Shown here piece by piece: positions 35,822 through 43,342 of a stretch of 64,000 bases of DNA. This DNA comes from a virus. Lineage: Duplodnaviria; Caudoviricetes. A program made the translations under genes and the position numbers. The notes beneath the pieces were generated by a model. The model had not been told where the DNA came from. It saw only the letters and a list, made by a program, of their open reading frames with translations, and did no database searches. Position 1 is the stretch's first letter; each line of letters opens with the position of its first letter. The stretch lies in the IMG/VR virus record IMGVR_UViG_2883475777_000001; one strand, given 5' to 3'.

Positions 35822-37807
35822 ATGCAAAGACGATTCACGGTTGTTATCACAACCTTACTGTTGACTCTCTCTTCTACTGTTTCTTATGCCCGCACCTGGA
35901 CCGAGCGGTCATCCGGACGAACAGTCAATGCAGATCTCGTCTCCTTTGCTGGCGACGTCGTAAAGATCAGACGCCAGAGCGATGGCAGAGTCTTCGCTGT
36001 CCCCGTCGAACGGTTGAGCGACGTTGACCGAACCTTTGTGGAATCTGCTTCTCAAACGCGCCCTGAGGCAACGCCCCGAAAAGGCAACGTTAGGTTTGTG
36101 GCGTTTAATGCGCAGGCCCAGGATGAGTACAGTGCTGAGCAACTCAATGCGTCGAAACGCATCGTCTGTGTCTGGAAAAAAGGCACGGCTCAAGCAGCCA
36201 TGAGGACGATTGAAGCGGTCGGTCTGAAGGTCACGTACCTTGGCTCTGCAATCCCGTTCGGCGTTTGCACCGGACAACTCACCGAGGACGGACTCAAGCG
36301 GCTGAGGAGCGACCCGTCGATCCAAAGTGTCGAACCTGACATCGAGTTGGTCGTTGACGACGCGCAGCCCGAAGTGCGGCAGATTACGGACGAAGTCTTG
36401 GCAGCATACGAACACGCTGGCCGTATGGTGTGCGTCTGGAAGAAGGGGAAGAAGAAGGAAAGTCTCGAGATGCTTGCGCAAATGGAGAAAGAAGGAAAGC
36501 TGCGCGTGATTCACAAACTCGAGACCACTCCAATCGCCTTCTGTGACTGGAAGCCGCCACTGCAGCAAGCAACGCTGGTGCAACTGCAAAAATCGCCAAT
36601 GCTGGATTACGTTGAACCAGATTTGACGCTGGTGAAGGACAACCCAACCAAAGGTCGAGAGATTGTATTCCCGAACGGGACACCCAAGACGGTCGTGTCT
36701 AAAGGCGTTGTACTGACCACGCCAGATGATCCAGAGATTGCCAAGCTCTGGGGAATGGATTCCATCAAGGCGAAGAAGGCGTGGACCTGTGCCAACCAAA
36801 CAGATGTTGTTGTGGCAGTGATCGATTCGGGCGTCGATTATAATCATCCGGACCTGAAGGCCAACGTGTGGGTCAATACGGGTGAGATCCCTAACAACGG
36901 AGTTGATGACGACAGTAACGGCCACAAGGATGACTACTACGGCCTGAACTTCACTCAACTTCCACCTACAACGGATACGCTCGATAGATACGGACACGGT
37001 AGCCACGTCGCCGGAACTATCGGTGCCGTTGGCAACAACAAGCTCGGAGTCGCAGGCGTCAATTGGCGTGTGCAGGTCATGGGACTCAAAGTTTTTGATG
37101 ACGCTGGAACTGCACCAGTTGGAAGCGCTCTAGCTTCTGCCATCGATTATGCTGTCGCGAGGAAAGTTCGCGTCATCAACTTGAGTCTTCGCTGGGGAAG
37201 TGAGCGGGCTTTCTTGAAACGTGTTATTGATGGAGCGGAAGACAAGGGCGTTCTGATTGTATGCTCAGCTGGCAATCTAAATCGTGGTGATGATCCACGC
37301 ACGATTGATAATGACGTCGTGCCCCAGTTCCCCGCGTCCTTTCCGAATGACAACGTCATCGCGGTTGCGAACATCACGGAGAGAGAACAGCTTAATGCGA
37401 GTAGTCATTTTGGATTGCGGAGCGTCGATTTGGGTGCTCCCGGGACAGACATTTACAGCACTGTGCCAACTTCTGTAAAGGCATCGGGTTATGACTCGTA
37501 CACTGGGACATCCATGGCAAGTCCGCATGTCGCAGGTGCGGCGGCGCTGATTTGGGGACATAAGAGGTATAGCAGTGGCGATTTCAAGGCGATTCGAAAG
37601 CTACTTCTAGACAATGCTCGCTCAATTCCCGCGTTGTCGGGAAAGTGCGTAACTGGCGGCACTCTTGACATTGGCTTCTTGTGTAAGCAGAGCCCGCCAC
37701 CTATCGGAAAGAAACCGCCAATCGTGATTTGCCCCCCACCTCGTTGTTACATCCCGTGTCCCCCGCGCCGCCACGTCTTTTATCGCTTCCGTTGTGGTAG
37801 TCGGTAG
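35822..37807 (+). CDS. Secreted S8 subtilisin-like protease with SHD1 domain and two I9-like prodomains
   Basis: Signal peptide; RTWT...G...A...SHD1 pattern; triad VAVIDSG, HGSHVAG, GTSMASPHVAG. Confidence 0.92.
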   Translation: MQRRFTVVITTLLLTLSSTVSYARTWTERSSGRTVNADLVSFAGDVVKIRRQSDGRVFAVPVERLSDVDRTFVESASQTRPEATPRKGNVRFVAFNAQAQDEYSAEQLNASKRIVCVWKKGTAQAAMRTIEAVGLKVTYLGSAIPFGVCTGQLTEDGLKRLRSDPSIQSVEPDIELVVDDAQPEVRQITDEVLAAYEHAGRMVCVWKKGKKKESLEMLAQMEKEGKLRVIHKLETTPIAFCDWKPPLQQATLVQLQKSPMLDYVEPDLTLVKDNPTKGREIVFPNGTPKTVVSKGVVLTTPDDPEIAKLWGMDSIKAKKAWTCANQTDVVVAVIDSGVDYNHPDLKANVWVNTGEIPNNGVDDDSNGHKDDYYGLNFTQLPPTTDTLDRYGHGSHVAGTIGAVGNNKLGVAGVNWRVQVMGLKVFDDAGTAPVGSALASAIDYAVARKVRVINLSLRWGSERAFLKRVIDGAEDKGVLIVCSAGNLNRGDDPRTIDNDVVPQFPASFPNDNVIAVANITEREQLNASSHFGLRSVDLGAPGTDIYSTVPTSVKASGYDSYTGTSMASPHVAGAAALIWGHKRYSSGDFKAIRKLLLDNARSIPALSGKCVTGGTLDIGFLCKQSPPPIGKKPPIVICPPPRCYIPCPPRRHVFYRFRCGSR

Positions 37808-37930
37808 CGGCTTGCAGAGTGACGACTAGTAGTGCTAGTTACGCCCAGCAGGAGCATTCCTGCTGGGCATTTCTTTTTGACTCAATGACGTTGATACAGA
37901 AATGCCGAATCGAACAGGTTGTTGACGAAA

Positions 37931-37958
37931 ATCCCGCCTCTTGAACGCCCTTCTTGAA
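37931..37958. other. att junction (right) of the inserted satellite
   Basis: Arm ATCCCGCCTCTTG 37931-37943; core TTGAA 37954-37958. Confidence 0.9.
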
Positions 37959-38942
37959 AGGCATGTTCAGGCAGCGGGCAATCTCGTTGAGAATCTCGTG
38001 CTTAAACTCGCCATAGGTCGTCGCGGGCTGTTCGGCTTCGAGCTGGCTCATCTTCCAACCGCCAGGCATGGTGAGCAGCGCCCGCTGTTCCAGTTCGATG
38101 GGCTCGAATGGTTCGGCGGCGTCCGCCTCGCCGTTGGCTGGCGCGTCGGTGTAGAGGATGCCGGCGAAGTCGGCAGCCGTTTCAGCGGCCGCAAGCACGG
38201 CCAGCGTGAATCGCCGCAACTGTGCAAACAGCGGCAGCGCCGGCATGATGTCGGGAATGCCGCGTGCCTGGCCGGGTCGGTCGAGGCGGAACAAGTGAAT
38301 CATCGCTTCGGCGGGCAGGCGGTCGTAGTCTCGCGTCAGCCGAACGGCTTCGCCTGGATGCGACTTGAGCACGTGGTATTCGATCGGATTGCCGGCGTCG
38401 TCAAACACGATGCCGTCGATGCCATTGGTGATCAAAGCATTCAAGTCGGGCGTGCAAACCTGGTCGGCTTCAATCAACCGCAGGTCGAGTTGGATCGCCG
38501 TCGGCAGCACGGGATTGCTTGTCAACACGGCGAACGCTTCACCGTCCTGGGCGCGCGACATTCGCATCGTGCGAAGTTTCTCGGGCAGGTTGACGGCTCT
38601 GGACCACGCGCCAAACTCTCGTTCGATCCGGCGATTGGCGTCGGCGTCATCCGTCAGTACCTGCAGCCGAGGTCCGGTGCCGATCGCGTCGTTGGCCAGC
38701 GTCAACACAATGCCACGGGCGTAGCTGTTGTTGGCTACCTCATAGCGTGCTCGATTACGCAGAATGCGACGTACCTCGGCGCTATTGGCCGCGTTGGCGG
38801 ACAGTCCATCCGCGCCGGCCCAATGCCGACGGTTATCGTCGTTGGTGACGGCCGCATCGTAGCGGGCGCGAAGCACTCGCGCGGCCCGCGTCAACGGGCG
38901 GCTAGTCGTCTTGGTGAACAGATTGGCGAGCCAACGGAACAT
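37954..38942 (-). CDS. Lambda-type portal protein, 5' half (interrupted gene)
   Basis: RARYDAA, LRNRARYEVANN, RPGQARGIP...EIARCLNMPF; joined to 27032-27506 gives 1464 nt = 487 aa + stop. Confidence 0.92.
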
Positions 38943-39140
38943 TTAGGATGCTCCTGGTGGCACGAGTTTGTTGAATGCAAGACCACGACGCTTTGACTTG
39001 GCTGCTTCCTTCGAGGCCAAGTACTTGTCGGCCGCGATTTGATCGGGGAGCTTGTGCTGCTCCACGGACCCAGCGTCGCCGGCAGCCTTGGCAGGCCCTT
39101 CGGCGTTTTCGCGGATCGTGTCTTTGAGGTCGTCGGCCAT
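38943..39140 (-). CDS. gpW-like head completion protein
   Basis: 65 aa immediately upstream of the portal (GSVEQHKLPDQI). Confidence 0.6.
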   Translation of the reverse strand: MADDLKDTIRENAEGPAKAAGDAGSVEQHKLPDQIAADKYLASKEAAKSKRRGLAFNKLVPPGAS

Positions 39141-39175
39141 TGAGGTCTCCAATCGCAAGCGAGAACAACGCCTGC

Positions 39176-39213
39176 CTATTTGAAGACCTACCCGGTCACT
39201 CTCGTGAATGACG
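39176..39213 (-). promoter_or_regulatory. Putative phage-sigma promoter (copy 1), upstream of the head-tail operon
   Basis: CGTCAT-N11-ACCGGGTAGGTC-NN-CAAATAG; matches 56029-56066. Confidence 0.55.
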
Positions 39214-39299
39214 AAAGACAAGGAGAAGAAGGCAGAATCGTGCTACATGTAGCGAGGTCGGAGCCTCAGGGCCATGAACGTAGCGGTCGACGAAGGAAC

Positions 39300-40130
39300 T
39301 TAGCGCAAGTCGGGTGTGCGCCTGGAGAGGACTGCAAGGACCTCGTCATGGCCCCATCTGGAACCGACCTCCTTGCGTCGATGTTGAGCCCACCCGCTTG
39401 CCGACATGTGATGCTTGGCATCAAGGATGGTGGCGTCCGCGCCACGGTTCAATAGAAACGACACCATGTTCGGCTTCGCTTCCCATGCCGCCCAGTGCAA
39501 TGCGGTCGCTTTCCCATCCGTCACGTTCACATCCAGACCGCTATCGAGCAAGTATTCCACGAGGGGTACACGATCGCAGACTGCGGCACACCTCAGCACA
39601 TCAAAGACTTGCTCATCGGAAAAGGATGCCGACTCAAGGTCCGCCCGCACTCGATCGAGTTGTCCAGCTCCGGCCGCGATTCGTGTCGATAGGATTTTCG
39701 CACCCTCTCTTACGAGCAGGTCGACAACTTCGACCATGCCGAAATGAACGGCGAAATCCAGCGGCGTGCCATCGGGGATGCCGGGATACGAGGCAACGGC
39801 TTCCATGTTCGCGCCGGCGTCGATCAAAACTTCCGCGACGCCCGCTTCTCCCAAACTCGCTGCGCCGTGAAGAGGCGTTTCGCCTGCGCCGGGAAGTCCG
39901 TCCACCGGCGCGCCCGCGTCGATCAGAATCTGTGCCAACTCCGCCTGCCGGCCATGATCCCAGAGTTGATTGAAGGGGCCATCGCTCAAGAAGTGAAGCG
40001 GCTCAGTCTGGCAGCTGTTCAGAATGCTGCCCCAGCGGATCGGCGTGGAAGCTAGTTTTGGGTTTTCATTCAGAAGCTGTCGGGCGCGTTCGACATCGCC
40101 AGCGACAATCGCCTTCTTAAGTTGACTCAT
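39300..40130 (-). CDS. Ankyrin-repeat protein
   Basis: GETPLHGAA, GTPLDFAV, GKATALHWAA repeats; 1 bp downstream of the MerR gene. Confidence 0.85.
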   Translation of the reverse strand: MSQLKKAIVAGDVERARQLLNENPKLASTPIRWGSILNSCQTEPLHFLSDGPFNQLWDHGRQAELAQILIDAGAPVDGLPGAGETPLHGAASLGEAGVAEVLIDAGANMEAVASYPGIPDGTPLDFAVHFGMVEVVDLLVREGAKILSTRIAAGAGQLDRVRADLESASFSDEQVFDVLRCAAVCDRVPLVEYLLDSGLDVNVTDGKATALHWAAWEAKPNMVSFLLNRGADATILDAKHHMSASGWAQHRRKEVGSRWGHDEVLAVLSRRTPDLR

Positions 40131-40131
40131 T

Positions 40132-40548
40132 TCATTGGGCCTTCAATCCTGCCACAACCTGGCAGCAGTCTGATTTCTTTTGAGTCTGGCATTCCTCGAG
40201 CGCGTTCTTCAACACTTTGCGGACGTGCCGAAGATCCTTCAGCCGCTGCTCGATGTCCGCCAGTCGCTCCTCAATCAGGCTCTGCACGTTGCCGCACGTC
40301 GGAATGCCGCCTTCGTCGTCGGAGAGCAACGCCTTCACGTCCTCGAGCGTAAACCCGATCGCTTGTGCCGCGCGGATGAACTTCAGCTTGTTGAGCGACT
40401 CACCGCTGTACAACCGGTAGTTTCCCTGGCTGCGATTCTCGGGTTCAACGAGACCGATTCGCTCATAGTAGCGAACAGTCGTTGTCGGAATGTCAGCCGC
40501 TTTGGCCAACTGGCTGATGGTGTATTCGTCGGGCATGGCAATGCTCAA
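40132..40548 (-). CDS. merR: MerR-family heavy-metal-responsive regulator
   Basis: TISQLAK...TVRYYERIGL, GNYRLY; Cys85/Cys120/Cys129 have the 35/9 spacing of Hg-type MerR C82/C117/C126. Metal specificity not proven. Confidence 0.85.
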   Translation of the reverse strand: MSIAMPDEYTISQLAKAADIPTTTVRYYERIGLVEPENRSQGNYRLYSGESLNKLKFIRAAQAIGFTLEDVKALLSDDEGGIPTCGNVQSLIEERLADIEQRLKDLRHVRKVLKNALEECQTQKKSDCCQVVAGLKAQ

Positions 40549-40591
40549 ATCGCCCTTGGAGAACTGATTTTCAGTTTTTTGGCAAATCCGC

Positions 40592-40623
40592 TTGACCTTG
40601 CACTTAGGTGCAACCTCGATAAT
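40592..40623 (+). promoter_or_regulatory. MerR-type promoter with extended spacer and dyad operator
   Basis: TTGACC (40592-40597), 20-nt spacer containing the dyad TTGCAC-TTAG-GTGCAA, GATAAT (40618-40623). Confidence 0.8.
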
Positions 40624-40664
40624 AGACGCAGATGACCGGATTCACAACATAGGGCTGAGAAGCC

Positions 40665-41855
40665 ATGAACCAGAACGCGGCAACCGCAACCAGACAGACG
40701 TGCCCGACTTGTGGCCAAAAAGCACGACGTGTTTCGCTTCACACGATTCGCAGCCTGTTGAAGGAACCCGCTGCATCAGGATTCCAAAACGGCGAATCGT
40801 GTTGCCAGACCGATGGAACGGGATGTCACGCAATCACCGAAGACACCGGCTGGCGTTTCTGTGACTCGCCGGCATGCGACGTTGTGTACTTCGCAGAGCA
40901 GAGTGACGATACGTTTGTCAAATCACAATTGAAAGTTGACGTGGGCGTCAAGGAGACAGCTGGCGACCGCCCTCTCTGTTATTGTTTTGACCACTCGGTG
41001 ACCAGCATCAAGCGTGAGCTGGAGGCAACGGGAGAATCGACGGCGGTCGAGGATATCCGCTCCCGGATGAAAGGAGAGGGGTGCCATTGTGAAGTGACCA
41101 ACCCCAGCGGATCCTGTTGCCTCGGAAGCGTGGCCAAGGGAATCGAAATCGCGAAGGGTGAACTGGTTACGACGGAGTCGCACATTGATTCCAAACCTCC
41201 TTCGGGCCGGGGAGAGAAGATCGCCAAGGTCGGGACCATCGTCTCTGCGATCATGGCATCGAGTTGCTGCTGGCTCCCGTTGGTCCTATTGGCCGTAGGC
41301 GTATCCGGTGCCGGCATCGCGGCCGCGCTCGAAACCTATCGGCCCCTGTTCATGCTCATCACATTCGGGTTTCTGGGAGCCGCCTTCTACTTCACTTACC
41401 GGCCTCGGCCAGCAAGCGATGCGAACCAGGACGCGTCGTGCTGCGACTCGACGATGGTAGGCGAATCAGACTGCTGTGCGCCCGAAACGACGTCGCGCTG
41501 GAGTATGGCCGCGATGAACAAAGTCATGCTGTGGGTCGTCACTGGGCTGGCGATCGCGTTCCTGGCCTTCCCAAGCTATGTCGGTCTGCTCTTCGGTGCA
41601 GGACACAACGTGGTCGTAACCGATGATATGAACCGCGCGGTTCTCACAATTGAGGGCATGACTTGTGAAGGATGCGCGACGACAGTTGCTGAAGCGATCA
41701 AACGTGTGGACGGTGTGATCGCGGTGGAAGTGAACTACGAAACGAAGCAAGCGACCATCGGGGCGGAAGACTGCTGTCCCGTGCCGATTAAGGAAATCCA
41801 GTCTGCTCTCGCCAAGGCCGGTTACGCCGGCGAGCCAATCGACCCAACGGACTAA
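40665..41855 (+). CDS. CopZ-like Zn/[2Fe-2S] domain + MerT transporter + HMA domain fusion
   Basis: CPTCG, FCDSPAC, LCYCF, CHCEVTNPSGSCC; MerT TM ASSCCWLP; HMA GMTCEGC. Confidence 0.85.
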   Translation: MNQNAATATRQTCPTCGQKARRVSLHTIRSLLKEPAASGFQNGESCCQTDGTGCHAITEDTGWRFCDSPACDVVYFAEQSDDTFVKSQLKVDVGVKETAGDRPLCYCFDHSVTSIKRELEATGESTAVEDIRSRMKGEGCHCEVTNPSGSCCLGSVAKGIEIAKGELVTTESHIDSKPPSGRGEKIAKVGTIVSAIMASSCCWLPLVLLAVGVSGAGIAAALETYRPLFMLITFGFLGAAFYFTYRPRPASDANQDASCCDSTMVGESDCCAPETTSRWSMAAMNKVMLWVVTGLAIAFLAFPSYVGLLFGAGHNVVVTDDMNRAVLTIEGMTCEGCATTVAEAIKRVDGVIAVEVNYETKQATIGAEDCCPVPIKEIQSALAKAGYAGEPIDPTD

Positions 41856-41882
41856 CCAATTCATCCGAAAGTGATTCACAAC

Positions 41883-43145
41883 ATGAGCCGTTTTGCTTGC
41901 ATAGCCCTGCTTTGCCTGCCCGTCGCAATCGTTGGATGCGGCCGCACGAGTACGGAGAATCCAAACGGTACGTCGTCAACCGCGTCGTCCGAATCGACTG
42001 TCCACATTCACATCAGCGGCTTCAAGAAGAGCAAAAGCGGCGCGACGTGAATGTTGTGACCGAACACGGTCAAAGAGGCCCTGGAAGGGTCTGACGCAGT
42101 CACAATGGTTGAGATGCATCTCGATCGAGACGTATTCGATGTCACGTTTGATTCATCGAAGGCGCAAGCGTCCGATCTCGTCGCCATCATCGCCGAGGCC
42201 GGCTACTCGGCGAGAATTATCACGGGCGATACGTCCGAACCTACCGTTGCCGATGTCGACTATCCCGCGCTTTTGCCTTCCGTATTCGACCGGGCGAGAT
42301 CCGCCGGCAAACCGGTCGTGTTGTACTTTGGGGCGTCATGGTGCGTTCCTTGCCGCCGCATGTCCCAAGAAACGTTTGCAGATCCGACGGTAAAAAGCCT
42401 GCTCGACCGCTGCATCTTTGAGAAGATCGACGCCGACGAGCGAGCCGACTTGTCAAAACAGGCGGGTGCGAGGGCTCTCCCCGACGTGCGATTCGTTTCC
42501 GCCGACGGGAAGGAAATGAAGAGGATCACCAGCTTTCTCGGCCCGAACCTGTTCGCGGACGAGCTGCGCCAATTGCTAGGTGATGAGCCTGTCGACAACA
42601 CAGTCGAAGAAGGCAAGAGCGTCGAGTTGCATGATCTCTCGCCCGAAGCAGACCAGCTGCGCGAGGCCTTCGTGAAGGCCAGCGGTAAAGTGAGAGTCGT
42701 AATGCTTGTCTCGCCTGGCTGACCGATGTGCGTCGAAGGGGCCCGTGCGGTCCATAGGCAGGCTACCAGCCAGATTGAAAGTCCCGACTTGGTGATTTTC
42801 GTTGTGTGGTTGCCGCGATATCCGGGGGACAACCGCGAGAAGGCCGTCACCGCCACCAGGAACGTATCTGACTCGCGGGCTCACCACTTCTGGGACGCCG
42901 AAGCCATGCTGTCAAAGCGTTACGGACGGATCTTGGGTCTGCCGGAAGGTAAACAATTCGCGTGGGACACATACATGGTGTTCGACGCGGATGCGACTTG
43001 GATCGACACACCGCCGACGCCCGCCAACTGGATGCATCAAATGGGCGGGGCACTTGGCCGCAGCCATCCGCGTTGGCTTGATCCTGATAGATTCAAGGGC
43101 TCGCTAATTGAATTGCTAAAAGAGCCAGACCGCAATCAACCTTGA
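41883..43145 (+). CDS. Predicted triple-selenocysteine lipoprotein: HMA(UxxU) - thioredoxin(WCVPC) - Trx-fold(UxxC), 420 aa
   Basis: One continuous frame with TGA at 42048, 42057 and 42720; reads GAT-U-ML-U-PNTVKEAL and VSPG-U-PMC; lipobox IVGC. Confidence 0.8.
42069..42095 (+). promoter_or_regulatory. Candidate bacterial SECIS hairpin for U56/U59
   Basis: GTC-[AAAG bulge]-AGGCCCT-GGA-AGGGTCT-GAC; loop G is 24 nt after the second UGA and 33 nt after the first. Confidence 0.6.
42739..42753 (+). promoter_or_regulatory. Candidate SECIS hairpin for the third UGA
   Basis: GGGCC-CGTGC-GGTCC; loop G is 23 nt after UGA 42720-42722. Short stem. Confidence 0.4.
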
Positions 43146-43150
43146 TTCAT

Positions 43151-43342
43151 TCAGACGCGATTTGGAGGAGCCTGGACCGGCGACTCGTAAGTCACGATCT
43201 TGCGGCTGCAATGCCGGCACTCTTTGCGGCGGCGAATACGGCCGTCACGCAGCGGTTCCGTATGCGTGGTGTAGAAATGCCGGCAGCCGCACCGTGGGCA
43301 TTCGATGCCGCGATTGGGTTGTTGTGAGCCGGCCTGATTCAT
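43151..43342 (-). CDS. Small Zn-ribbon protein (Ogr/Delta- or NrdR-like)
   Basis: CPRCG...RRRKECRHC...TYE; ATGA-coupled to terL. Confidence 0.7.
   Translation of the reverse strand: MNQAGSQQPNRGIECPRCGCRHFYTTHTEPLRDGRIRRRKECRHCSRKIVTYESPVQAPPNRV

Larger units (their letters stand above)
27507..37958. mobile_element. 10,447-bp serine-recombinase satellite integrated in the portal gene
   Basis: TTGAA direct repeats, 13-bp inverted arms, recombinase gene ending 25 bp from the left att, in-frame portal halves on either side. Confidence 0.92.

Noticed and set aside
27507-37958. Insertion as an IS/transposon with target-site duplication
   Set aside because: There is no DDE transposase; the inverted arms sit 7 and 10 bp inside the core and reassemble into a symmetric attP typical of serine integrases.
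41883-43145. Three separate small genes or a decayed pseudogene (as in the ORF track: 42105-42722, 42726-43145)
   Set aside because: Random decay is unlikely to give three stops that are all TGA, all at CxxC cysteine positions and followed by hairpins. Rejection stays conditional on the host having Sec machinery.
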